Below are positions 11,581-24,189 of a stretch of 64,000 nucleotides of DNA, in pieces; position 1 is the stretch's first letter; every line of letters begins with the position of its first letter. Origin of the DNA: Tubulanus polymorphus. Lineage: Eukaryota; Animalia; Nemertea. The notes under the pieces are model-generated. The model did no database searches and was not told where the DNA came from. It saw only the letters and a list, made by a program, of their open reading frames with translations. The DNA lies in NCBI RefSeq assembly GCF_964204645.1, contig NC_134026.1, positions 13,018,050-13,082,049 on the forward strand. Direction: 5' to 3'. The position numbers and the translations under genes are program-made.

Positions 11581-13474
11581 AAATATAGCTGCAAAGCAGC
11601 GATAACGGGTTTCTGCCTTGCTGGATACAATGTCGTACAAGGGTGCGTGCAAACATTTCACCGAAAGGAGCGCCATCTAGGGGTCAACTTATGACATGGA
11701 TATGTTGACCCACCAGGGCTACTACGCGCAAAGTACTTATGTACCAAGTTTAGAGGAAATCGAGAATAGCGAAGATACAGTATTTTTACCATTCCCTAGT
11801 GGCAGATGTATGAACTAATTTTGGCGGTTTATGTACTATACTTATGTATATGTACTCACACCAGGTTTTTGTTTAGGTCTATCATAAAATGACTGAATTA
11901 CACGTAAGGAAACGGATGTTAGAAGGAGTTTTCGAAATGTACGCCCCCTACTGGTTAGAATAGGGACTTATTATGTGAGGGGTTCGTTGTATCTCATATC
12001 CAGGTATACGTGTATCAATTTTCATAGAAATCCCTTTATCCGCTTAGTAGATATGAATAAAAAAATGTATTTCCAGTAAAATGTAGGTGACGCTCCTGAA
12101 GAACCATATAAGTTACCTACTTAAACCATACATCACTTCAAGTATCTTGAAAAGGGGAGCTAACCACACATTGCAACCTCGATTCTATCGCCAACGGTTA
12201 AGGACCTAGGAGCAAAAATCGTTGTTTTCACAGTCCCCTGGTGGCAGTTGTATAAACTATTTATGCAGGATGGCATATTACACACATGTCTTTGTACTTA
12301 TACCAAGTTTTGTGATTTTCACAATAAACAGACCGCATTAAATGCGAAAAATGGATGCTGAAATCGATTTTTCAAAATTTACGCCCCCTAGTGGTTAAAA
12401 TGGGAACTAATCATATGAGGGCCGTTCGTTTCGTTTAGTAACCCGGTACATGTGTATCAATTTTGATAGAAATCCATTGATACCCTTAGTCGATATAGAT
12501 GAAAATGCGTATTCCAGCGTCTTATAGGTGGCTCTACTGGCGAACCAAATGAGCTACATAGTTATACCATACATCAATACAAGCGTCTTCGCAAGGGCTA
12601 CTGGTCACTCATTGCAAGCACAATTCTATCTCCACCGGTTAAGGAGCTAGGAGCGAAAATCTCTTTGAAAAATTTGGGGGCCCATTTTCGAGCCCGTAGA
12701 GCCCAAACGGTTAATCGCAGATAGGGCGTGCCGTTGACTTTTTTAGCCTCCAGGCTGTTATGAACAACTTTCGTGCTCGGTCGAAGCTGAAAACTCAAAG
12801 ACAAAAATTTTTCTCACAGTAACTTTTCGATGTCAGAATTTTCAAAAGTAAAACGCCCCCTGGTGGGTGAACGGGGTCTCCAATCAAAGATCCCTTCGAC
12901 TCACCTCAAGGTACCTGTGTTCCGTACATCTCACGTAAGTTTCACGTAAATCCTTCACGCAATAGTCTTGTTACTAGCCGAATTCGAAGTATTAAAGCCT
13001 ACATATGATGCTCTCTATCTTGTGTTGCCGAATTCGAAGCTACATATGATGCTCTCTTGCTTAATGTGTATACGACACAAACAAGCTATAAAAATTCCTA
13101 AGTTGCGTTCAGTCGAGCAATGTCCTAATTTAACAATCGACTCTTAGAGGAGATAAAAATATCACTATGTGTTTACTACATATCTAGAACAACTCAGCTC
13201 TATCGATATAAGGACACAGACACAGACACACACACGTAGGCGCTGTGGGAATAAGACACGTATACAATATATATACGTATATGGATACTGTTTGAATCGG
13301 GCTTAAATTTCGATGTTTAGAGGCTCACAGTGAGTAAACAGTGCAATTCTAATTAATATCATATACAGTATTTGTCAATGCAGCGTAGTACTTGTGATAC
13401 AGAATGGTTTCACCGACAGTGAAAGTAAATTGCAGTTGTTTATATCCTTTCAGTAAGATCCAGTGTGAAAAAGA

Positions 13475-13511
<37 letters not shown>

Positions 13512-13610
13512 CAGCAGGAATACAATAGGGTTTCTGCGGAGGCAGCAGAAACCCTAATAATAATAATCAGGAATACAATAGGGTTTCTGCGAAGGCAGCA
13601 GAAGCCCTAA
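11581..13610 (-). mobile_element. Non-autonomous Helentron (HINE/DINE-1-like), family A
   Basis: One end is AAATATAGCTGCAAAGCAGCGATAACGGGTTTCTGC; the other is (AAT)n plus hairpin AGGGTTTCTGC..GCAGAAACCCT, present twice. Internal ~440-bp tandem units (ACGCCCCCT at 11941, 12381, 12853). Confidence 0.75.
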
Positions 13611-14170
13611 ATATAGCTGCAAAGCAGCGATAACGGGTTTTCTGGATGCATGTGATCGAAAGGAAAAATTAATTACCGGGTATTCGATGGAAAAAATAAA
13701 ATGAGATGATTTGGATATTATCGGAGCAATCCTCTTTTTGGTTGAATGGTCTAACCCCAGTATAGTCCCCCGTTATTTGGAAATTCTCGAAGCCCTCCTT
13801 TATTTACTTACTACATGACGTCACAAACTGTTATTTCGCCGGTGCTTGTTGTCTAACAATTCAATTCAATTCTTTATTTACAGTAACCTAATAAGTAATT
13901 TTAAGTTTCAAATAGGATGGAAAGTACATTCAGACAATCTGTTGGTTCAGAGAGACCGTTATTACAGTATCAATTCATACATTTCGTTTCGAAGCTGTCA
14001 GTTGCCGAATCTGAATGAAGATAAATTTTATTTGACGAAATCGGCGGAAAATATATAATAATAATAATCAACAGAATTTCAAGAGGGTTTTCGACGAAAG
14101 TCAGAAAACCCTAATAATAATAATCAGCAGGAATACAATAGGGTTTCTGCGAAGGCGGCAGAAACCCTAA
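13610..14170 (-). mobile_element. Short family-A Helentron derivative in tandem with the previous one
   Basis: Same termini: AAATATAGCTGCAAAGCAGCG at 13610; hairpins at ~14084-14113 and ~14140-14170. Confidence 0.65.
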
Positions 14171-14882
14171 AGAAGACGCTTTTGGAGAGTGGCATGATCG
14201 CGGGGGGCAGACTTGAAATAAATGCCATTGAGTAATTCAGTAAAATGTTCCAGAATCTAGCTTTTGGAGAAAGGGCCACAGGAGCATAAGGCACAAAAGG
14301 GGTGTGGTCTTTGAAGAATGAGATGCGTTTAGGTGCTTTCTGAGCACTTTCTTAGTTGAAATTAGGAATGGTATATGCTCACAATTTCAGTCATGTTTTA
14401 TGTAAAAAGGATAATAACGATTTCAATAGATTCAATGAGGCTAAGATTATCTAATGTATGAAATGAAGGTTAAAATCTATCTAAGCCCACGAAATGTTGA
14501 AGGATTTCAGAATGTAACGCTATGCAGAAATACGACAATAACGGTTTTACACTGGTATCCTTTAACAGCAGGCGATGAAAAAATTATGTTCAAGCGTCAG
14601 AAAAATGGATGAGGGCCTGGCCCTATGTCTCTGTATTGTTCTCTGATTCCAAGAACATGTCTATCGCATATTTGAGCCTAAACGTCTACTTTTACTTAGT
14701 AGCCACTTAAGATTTGCAGTGATACGTGACAACATGAACACATTGAGAAACTAGTGGAAAATTCTATACCCACGCTATAGTTTGGGATATAGTTGTATTT
14801 TGAGTGTCTCAGTTAAGCTCTGAAGATAGTCTAACCAATAAAAATCGAAATTGGAGTAAATTAGTTTACAAATTGTCATTGG

Positions 14883-15599
14883 TTATGGAGTTTTACGATG
14901 AATCGAAATTTCCTTCTTCATTGTATCCAGTAAGTTATCTAAACGTTTTCCTAATTGTAATTGACTTGAATCATTATCAATTTGTTGAATATCTCTTCGC
15001 GATGTTTCTGGTTCTAAATTATTATTGATTGTTTCAAAGAATTCATTAATTCTTTGTTTAAATACTCTTTTATTTTGATTTATTTCTTCTTGTGTTACAT
15101 CTTCTGGTTCATTACTATTAAAACTTATTCTTTTAATTCTAGATGATTCTAAATTACTCAAAGTTGATTCTGCTAATATTTTGTTTTCACGTTTATAAGT
15201 GATATTAATATAATAATCATCTTTCAAATGATAATAATATTCACCATTATCTAAAAGTTTTAATTCTCGTACTAAAAGTCTAGCACCTCTATCATTGATA
15301 TTATATCCAGAATTTTCAAATACAGGTTGTAATTTTAGAATAAATTCATTATATACTAAATTCTTTTTAAATAAACCTGAAACTTCATTTGCAGGATTTA
15401 TTCTCGATCTAGTTTTTCTATCATATTCATCTGTTGATGGGGCTTTAAAACCACTATCTGCTAAATTAGAATTATACGCTGATGAATTATCATCATCAAT
15501 ATCAGTTTCACTAAATTTGGGTGGTGGTTTATCAGGTATAAATCCTTCATTATTATTTCCCATTTCTTTCATTTCATAATCTACTCCACCTTCTGCCAT
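14883..15599 (-). pseudogene. Polinton coiled-coil/membrane protein gene, 5' portion (paralogue of 24190-25602)
   Basis: SGYNINDRGAR.LVRELK.LD.GEYYYHLKDDYYI shared with 24203-24790; truncated at ~14883. Confidence 0.8.
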
Positions 15600-15615
15600 T
15601 TACATGATAAAAAAA

Positions 15616-16651
15616 TTAAAATTTAAAATATAATATTCCTCCGATTACAATTCCTATGCAAGTTATAGCTAATTTAGCATTTTCATGGGATTTATTATCA
15701 TTATCAGTTTTAATTATTTCATGTTGAATAATATCAGTTTTACCATTTTCTGTAGTATTATAATCTTTTATTTTAGAATCATTATTTAATTTAATATTCT
15801 TAGTTTTAGTTTCTGTTGATTGAATATGTTTTTTTTTTCACCTTCCATTAATTTTGGAGCAGTAATAATCTTTTTATATATATCATTTAATCCAAATGAA
15901 TTATTTATTGTTGCAGTTTTAATTAGATTATTATAACCAATTATATTTCCCAACATTAATACTAAATCATTAGAAATAATTAATAGATTAGGGCCTATAC
16001 AATAATTTAATCTAATATGTGATTTATCTAAATAATTTTGATATCTTACAATGTTTTCTGGAATCGATTTATTTTTATCATTATGAATTGAATCTTCAAA
16101 TAATACTTTGAATTGTTTCTGTGCATCGAATGAAGTGTTATCATTTCCAACTATTGGGGATCTTGTTTCAACTTGCGCACCTAAAATACATATCAAATAA
16201 GTTCTAATTGATTGATTTATTCTTTGTATGCCTGATTTTGTAAAACCTTCACTATTTTCTAAAATAAAATTAATCCAACCGTTATTATTATCAATTTTAT
16301 AATTATGATAAGCTCCAATTCTATGCATATAATCAATTCTTTTATTTCATACTGTTCACCAATACCTTGCAATTTACCATGCGCTCTAAAATCGGATTTA
16401 ATATTTATATTAAATTCATAACATATTTTATAAAACTTAGATAGATTGATATTATTATCCAATTCTTTAAAATATTTAGATTCGGGTAGAGGACATTCTA
16501 ATTCATTTAATATTATTCTGATTTGAAAATATGTGTGAAATCTAAATATTTAATTTTAAATCAGAATAATTCAAATTTTATCTACGTTATTTAAATGATC
16601 ATTCCAACTTATACCACAACCAGTTGTTGCACAATAAACAGCAAAATTTAA
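15616..16651 (-). pseudogene. Polinton C-terminally anchored protein gene (paralogue of 22867-24173), cut by a Kolobok insertion
   Basis: GFTKSGIQRINQSIRTYLICILGAQVETRSPIVG; C-terminal LAITCIGIVIGGILYF. Confidence 0.8.
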
Positions 16652-18540
16652 AGGGTAACTGACAGATATTTTATTCTGGCATAATTTCCTTGGAAAAAAT
16701 ATATAGAATACGGATTTGTAAAGGTTTTTTGCTCTAAAAGTCATAGATCTATTAAAAATAGTACTTTAGTAACTGCATTTTCTTGCGGTGTGTTGAACTA
16801 GTTTCCGTAAACAAATATCGGCAATTTCCGGAATTCTCAAGTGCGTGACGTCACTACATGTACCAGGAAGTCTTTTGTCTCATCTGTACAAATGATTATT
16901 TACATTTATACTTTTCCAAAATGGGACTTCGCAGTGTCGCTTATGGGTGCAGTCATGGCAGTGCTGACAAAAAAAGTACATTCTACTGGCCAAGTGATGA
17001 TAAGACGAGGGCCATGTGGACGAAATTTGTATGCCAGAAGCGTTTAAACTGGACAGGGCCGACCCGGTATTCGGTCTTATGTCGGTATCATTTTGAAGAA
17101 ACAGCTTGTGCAAATAAGATGATGTTTGACGCAAATTTCGCGATAAAGTAAGCTTCATAATAAAACCCTTGAAATATAAATGAATAAATCCAGCCCATAT
17201 GACTGGAACCTCCTGATTTAGGAGTATAGTATAGGATTTGGATGATACTGAAGATTTATTATTTTGATGAGATGGTCCCCGGACAACCTGGCCTGTAAAA
17301 AGCTATAATAGCGCTTTCATCATATGCAGGCATCGTACTACAAAAAGGGACCATTTCACAATATTAAATCTATGAATTACTGAGTGAAAAGTATCTTTAT
17401 CTTATAATAATAGACTACTCCATTTATTGAAAACAAGATAAACATAGCTGTCCTAATAGGTCATAGGTAGCACAGGCCACAAATCAAAATGAATATCAAA
17501 ATGCAACATATAATATCATTATGAGAGCTTTGCCAAATGAACTGATTTCTGAAGAAAATGTTTTATTTATTCAGGTTACTGCTAAAGTCAGGAGCTGTAC
17601 CAACAATTTATATGCCGGTACAGCCAAGTCAATTAAACTCAGCTGACGAAACGCTTTTTTCACCCCCAGACCAAAGGGCAGGGCTGCATATGAAAAAAGA
17701 GAAAGAAAAAGAATATTTAACAATGTGGCGAACCCTCAAAAAGCCTCAGCTGTAATTCCCGATGATGAATCTTCGTTTCAAGACCCGGACTGCCTAGTTG
17801 AGTCCAACATTGCCGCCAAATCTAAAGAAATTGGCATACAAAGTGACCAGATTGTGTGTCGAAAGGTGAGTATCTTTTTCAGTAGTGCCTTTTTCATTGT
17901 TGATACTGGTTTTTCACAGAGCAAAAGTTTAAATATTGATCTTTTGATAAATTCAGCTATTCAGACGCTTAAGACACCAGCAAAACCGAAAGTAGTAGTA
18001 AGGTACAAAACAAAACCTGTTTATGTATTCAAAAAAGTACGCCAAACCTCACGGGGGGTTCAGATAACTCCTGCAACAAAAAGTAAGCACTGTATTTAGG
18101 AAATATTTTCAATATAATCAATGATTGACTAATTTCAGATTTGATCACAATCCTATATCAATACTTATAATGAAAAAGTAAAAAAACTTCATTTAGGCCT
18201 ATAGACTATTTTAAAGTTATCAACCATCCATTTCAGCGATTGCCACAGGGGTAAATATGAAGAGGAAAGGTCGGCCCCTTGGAAGCAGCAGGAAGACCTT
18301 TGTTGTTGATAGCAGTTCGTCTGAGGTAACTTTTTTATGAGTATGTCTCAGGTAATGCTTATTGCTGATGATTACTAGTGCCACCCTACAACGATCTATC
18401 TATCCAATTTTCAGAGATGACAGCCAGCTAGATTATGGGAAACAAGCTAAAGTAATCGTTTTCGAGCATAAACTATTTGAACTTTTCCGTCATTGTAATT
18501 CTTGCGGTGGTTATAACAAGATAGAGAAAAGAACCAAATG
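16652..18540 (+). mobile_element. Kolobok-type DNA transposon with spliced THAP-transposase gene, 3'-truncated
   Basis: Begins TTAA|AGGG. THAP exon from 16921 (AYGC...WP...W...LCRYHFEE), donor ~17148, next exon LLKSGAVPTI, later exon KVIVFEHKLFELFRHCNSCG. Confidence 0.75.
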
Positions 18541-21500
18541 TACTTTTTTAAGGATCATTCCTTGTTTTAGATAAAACTTTAACATTCTATAATGCACTAC
18601 ATAATCATATTTATCTTCCTGAGTTACCATTAACTTTTCTGTATGAATACGATTTTCGGGTTTAATTCTTTTTTGATAATTTCATAATTCTTCATGTGTC
18701 ACAGTTTTATGTTCTGGACAGTATGCTAGGATTTCTAGATTCAAATTTAGTATGTTCAGGATATTCCAAGTCTACAACAAAGAAGTAACCAGTATCTGAA
18801 TCATCTGCAATATCTAGGATTCTTTTCTTACAATCAAATTTATCATTATTTTCATGTTGTAAAACTTCACTTATTTCAAATACTCCATAAGGTTGTGGTT
18901 CCATCATTGCCCAACCATATAGATTATTTACATCTATATATAATAATTTATATCCAGGATTATCATTTACATTGAAATATCTATCACCTAATACACCTAA
19001 AACTCCTCCTCTTATAGATTTTTCAAATAATAATAATTGATCTATATTTGTTAACAAATCCATTTTTATATCTGTAAATTTTAAACCACAATCCCAAGTT
19101 AATCCTGGTGATGAATAACAATGGCAAGGATCAATATTAAAATATTTTAGATTTACATCTCTAAACCTTTCAAATATATCCGATAATAATAATACATCTG
19201 ATTTTAAATATAAATCTACTAATTGTCCATGATTTATTATTTTGAAATGATTCCAAATATTCAATGTTCCATTATAGACTTCATCTTTAACATATTCATT
19301 TTTTAATTGATCATAAAATTGTTCTTTTAATAATTCAGTTATATTGAAATCATTGTGTGATTTATAAAATGAATATGGAATTGCGCCTTTATATCTCATT
19401 AATTGAAAATCATCATTATTTGGATAGTGATGCTTTAATATCTTTAATTCATCATCAACTAATGCTTTTGATAAGTTGTCTAATGAACTACCTAAACATC
19501 TATATGAATCTATAAATCTTAGACACCCAAATTGGAATGATATATAATTCTCAGATGTTTTAGCTATCATTTTAAATTTATAAGTTGGTATTTTATTTTT
19601 TAATCTATTTGAATTCAATCTTTCTATTTTATGACATAACTGTTTGATGAATAAATGAGCGTCATATCCTGATAAATTATGAAATATTACTGGAACAAAG
19701 TTAATTTTCTTAGCTTGTAAGTTACAATTCTCATGCGCTGCGCCTCTAAACTTTCCATTTAAATGATCATGGTCTCTTACTTTTTTATGTTTTAGATTAA
19801 ATATCTTTTCACAATAATAACATTTATCTGCAAACTCAAATTCTTCTTTATCTTTTTCTGTCATAATTATTTCTTTATTTTCATTTAACTTTTCATTAAA
19901 TTTTATTTCATACTCGATTAATAAGTCACAAAAATGATTGATAACATTTTCATTTTTATAATGATAATATTCACTTTTAATTAGTTCTGGATAATCAGAT
20001 TTAATATATAATCCAAAAGCTGCAGCTGATTGATGAATCTTTTTAATAGTATTTGTTATTAGGGGATCTGAATATTCAATTATATCCTTTTCATTAGAAT
20101 TTAATTTCTTTCTTTTATAATATATTTCTTTTCTATCTTGATCAGTTAATTCTTTATTTAGTGATTCAAAATCTCCATATATAACAAATGGTATTTTATT
20201 CTTGTAATCATATTTTTTGAATTCTAATATTTTACCCTTTTCATTTGGTAAAACTATCTTACAATAATCATGATTATCACATAATTTTTTATGATTTAAT
20301 AATGCACTTTCATTACTGAATTTAGTTGTACATTTTCTACATAGATATATTTCATTGTGGTTATTTTCTATTCTAAAAAATAAATCGATTTGTTTAATCC
20401 ACATATAATGATTTTCATAATATAGTATATCTATAACATCATTTGAATCATAATCTTTTGATAGGTATAAAGGTTCTAATGTATAATGTTCAATTTTATC
20501 ACCTTTTGTATTTGATAATTTGATTAAATCGAATACATTTATTTTTAGATTATTATCTCTTTCTATTTTTGGAATATTTTTAATTCTAACTGGATAATTA
20601 TCTATCTTATATTTATTTTCAAATGGTTTATAATGTGTTAATCTAAAACTATGTTGTTTATAATCGTCAACTGGGTGTAAGCAACTAATTATTGTCCATA
20701 GAAAACATTTATCATCAAAATTTTGTACATCTATTACAGCATTAGTTTTAAATGGTAATTTGATATAACTTGATCCATTTATACTATCTTTATAATATGA
20801 TAAATTATTTTCATCAATTGGTTTTGATTTAGTTAACTTATTATATTTTGTGTTATAAACATGTAAAGTCATAAATATTATTTCATCAAATATTAAACCA
20901 GGTCCTTCAAAATATTTCTCTTCTATTTTAGTTTTTACTTCATTATAACATTTATCTAATTTATCATCTATATGTTGTTTTGAAATAATATGTTGTGAAT
21001 GAGAATTTATATTATATATTGGTTTATCTTCAGATTTTATAAACTTTACTTTAGAAGATATACTAATTTTAGGGTATTCAACATCTGTTATTATTTTTAT
21101 AATAATTTTCATATTTTCTCAATGTTTTTTATTTTCTTCTAATGTTTTTCCTTCATGAAATTTAAAATCGATAGCTGCTGGACCAATATCACTTTTAAAT
21201 GCTTCGGTTATCTCTATTTCTTTTTTATTATCTAATGAATTAACATAATTTCTAACATCTTCCATGTATGGTCTTTTATTGTTTAATTTATTTTTTATTC
21301 TTTTAATTGTCTTCTGTTTCTTATGATTATCTTTATCAAAATAATCCTCACCTAAAATATCATTATTCTTATTTCTAATATGACTTTTAGATTTTAAATG
21401 TTCTTTATAATATCTTTTATCACTGAATGATTGATTACACATATCACATTTGTATGTTTCTTGTTCATTCGTTAATTCATCTAATTTAGTTTCTAATATA

Positions 21501-21622
21501 TCATCTTTATATTTTTACTTTAATTTATTCTCTAAATGTCTTTTAGTTTTATTGTGTCTTGCTTTTTGAGATTTATCTATATTGATTTTACATGTTGAAC
21601 AGTAGTACTTATTTGCTTCCAT
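18538..21622 (-). pseudogene. polB: Protein-primed family B DNA polymerase (Polinton/Maverick), frameshifted and 3'-truncated
   Basis: ExoI YGDFES, ExoII FHNLSGYDAHLF, FIDS, ExoIII YLKSDVLLL, SIRGG and motif A YIDVNNLYGWAM. N-terminal zinc fingers at 21119-21622. Ends at LKQGMILKKVH before motifs B and C. Confidence 0.95.
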
Positions 21623-21678
21623 TTTAATACCAAATTTTTTATTAAAATTGATTTTAAAAGTTATTCATTTATATGTAA

Positions 21679-21712
<34 letters not shown>

Positions 21713-21727
21713 TATAAATATGAATAT

Positions 21728-21877
21728 AGTAATAGGGGTTCAGGTCAGAGGTTGAGAGGTCGAGCTCATAAAAAAATGAAAAAATAAATTCGAGTGTGCG
21801 ACGAGAATTAATTTTTTCACTTTTTTATGAGCTCGACCTCTCGACCTCTGGCTTGATCCCCTATTATCCCTATTACT
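21728..21877 (-). repeat. Polinton terminus, copy 2: terminal hairpin upstream of pPolB
   Basis: AGTAATAGGGG...CCCTATTACT; inner stem CAGAGGTTGAGAGGTCGAGCTCATAAAAAA pairs with TTTTTTATGAGCTCGACCTCTCGACCTCTG. Confidence 0.85.
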
Positions 21878-22408
21878 AATGTAGCATTTTATCATCTTCG
21901 TAACGTAAGTAAAATTAGGCAGTATCTTGATCAGAAAACTGCTGAGCAACTTATTCATGCCTTCATAACTACGGGTTTGGATTACTGTAATTCTTTGTTA
22001 CATGGTCTTCCCAACTGTCTCATTGCTAAATTACAGAGTGTGCAAAATGCAGCGGCACGGGTTGTTACAAGAAACGGGAAGTACTGTAGGATGGCCCCTA
22101 TTCTTTATTCACTTCATCGGTTACCAGTCAAATACCGTGTGCAATTCAAAATTCTAGTCATAACATACAAATGTCTTCATTCTCTACCACTTCATTATCT
22201 GTAGTGCCTTGTGACTATAAATCCAGCTGTGCGTAACCTTCGATCCTCAAACCAATTGCTTTTAATTCAACCAAGAGCCAAACTTTTATGCGCTGGTCAT
22301 AGGGCCTTTTATTACTGTGCTCCATATTTTTGGAATAAATTGTCACCATATTTACATTTTAATCCAGGTCTAGATTCTTTTAAATCTCAACCTAAGACAT
22401 TTTTTTGC
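21878..22408 (+). mobile_element. L2/CR1-group LINE, 3' fragment of ORF2
   Basis: AFYHLRNVSKIRQYL..AEQLIHAFIT.GLDYCNSLL.GLP...LQSVQNAAARVV...LH.LPVKYRVQFKIL. Confidence 0.88.
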
Positions 22409-22415
22409 TAAATAA

Positions 22416-22838
22416 ATGGGTGATAAAGTTGATAATAATGATATTATTCCTCATGATATCAGTAAAACTAAATTAAAATCATATTTTGAAAAACAAATAT
22501 CAGAATTTGAAAGTGAGTTAAAGATAAAAAAGAAAAAATATTCAAAAAGTAAAATTTTATATTATTTTATTATTAGTGGTTCGGTTACAATTAGTTCTGC
22601 AATAACATTTTTAGCAATATTTTCGCCATTAACACCTTTAGCTATATCAATTGGCGTGCTAGGATTTTCATCAAGTGTATTAACCGGAATAAGTTCAAAA
22701 TTAAATATATAAGGTAATAAAGAAAAAATTAAATCTAATATAAAGGAAATTAATAAATTGAAAAATACATTAGATTATATAATAAGCTTAAATGGTAATA
22801 TAACAATCGAAGAGCAGGATAAATTATTACAAGAATAA
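22416..22838 (+). pseudogene. Two-helix membrane protein of the Polinton (one internal stop at ~22710)
   Basis: Hydrophobic ILYYFIISGSVTISSAITFLAIF and LAISIGVLGFSSSVLTGI; frame continues to NGNITIEEQDKLLQE. Confidence 0.65.
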
Positions 22839-22866
22839 ATAAATTATTAATTTTTCAATTATATAA

Positions 22867-24173
22867 ATGGGGTTTCCAAAAGCTTTCCAATATAATAAAT
22901 CAATTAAATATAATATTCCTGCAATAGATTTTAATAAAAATATTACATATAAAAATTTAGTTTTAAATTCATTAACTAATTTAGAAATTTATATTACTGA
23001 AACACAGTTTTTTATTTCTAAAATGGAAAATATATTTAATACATATGAAGTTACTTTTACTCGAGATGAATATCATATATATATATAAAGTAAAATCTAA
23101 TATGAAATATTGGCAGAATCAATTAAATTTTGCTGTTTATTGTGCAACAACTGGCTGTGGTATAAGTTGGAATGATCATTTAAATAACTTAGATAAAAAT
23201 TTGAATTATTCTGATTTAAGATTAATTCACACAATATTTAGATTTCACACGTATTTTCAAATCAGAATTATATTAAATGCATTAGAATGTCCTTTGCCCG
23301 GATCTAAATATTTTAAAGAATTGGATAATGATATTAATCTATCTAAGTTTTATAAAATATGTAATGAATTTAATATAAATATTAATTCCGATTTTAGAGC
23401 GCATGGTAAATTGCAAGGTATTGGTGAACAGTATGAAAAAAAAGAATTGATTATATGCATAGAATTGGAGCTTATCATAATTATAAAATTGATGATAATA
23501 ATGGTTGGATTAATTTTATTTTACAAAATAGTGAAGGTTTTACAAAATCAGGTACACAAAGAATAAATCAATCTATAAGAATATATTTAATTTGTATATT
23601 AGGTGCGCAAGTTGAAACAAGATCCCCAATAGTTGGGAATGATAATACTTCATTTGATACACAAAAAAACAATTCAAAGTATTATTTGAAGATTCCATTC
23701 ATAATGATAAAAATAGATCGATTCCAGAAAACATAGTTAGGTACCAAAATTATTTAGATAAATCTCATGTAAGATTGAATTATTGTATAGGCCCTAATCT
23801 ATTAATAATTTCTGATGATTTAATATTAAAAATTGGAAATATAATTGGGTATAATAATCTAATTAAGACTGCAACAATAAATAATAAGTTTGGATTGAAT
23901 GATATAAATAAAAAGATTATCACTGCTCCAAAACTAATGGAAGGTGAAAAAATTAAAAAACATATTCAATCAACTGAAACTTAAACTAAGAATATCAAAT
24001 TAAATAATGATTCTAAAATAAAAGATTACAATACATCAGAAAATATTAAAACTGATATCATTCAACATGATATAACTAAAACTAATAATGATAGTAAATC
24101 ACATGAAAATGCTAAATTAGCTATAACTTGTATAGGAATTGTAATAGGAGGAATATCATATTTTAAATTTTAA
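22867..24173 (+). pseudogene. Polinton protein of unknown function with C-terminal membrane anchor (frameshifted)
   Basis: WQNQLNFAVYCATTGCGISW, FRFHTYFQIR, ILGAQVETRS; tail LAITCIGIVIGGISYFKF; three copies in the window. Confidence 0.75.
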
Positions 24174-24189
24174 TTTTTATAAGATATAA

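Noticed and set aside
13404-13610. Poly-Asn ORF
   Set aside because: Translation of the (AAT)n microsatellite of a Helentron end.
21740-21958. Similar ORFs crossing the hairpins (2655-2858 and 21740-21958; SNRDNRGSSQRS)
   Set aside because: They span junctions between unrelated elements; the similarity simply reflects the shared hairpin DNA.
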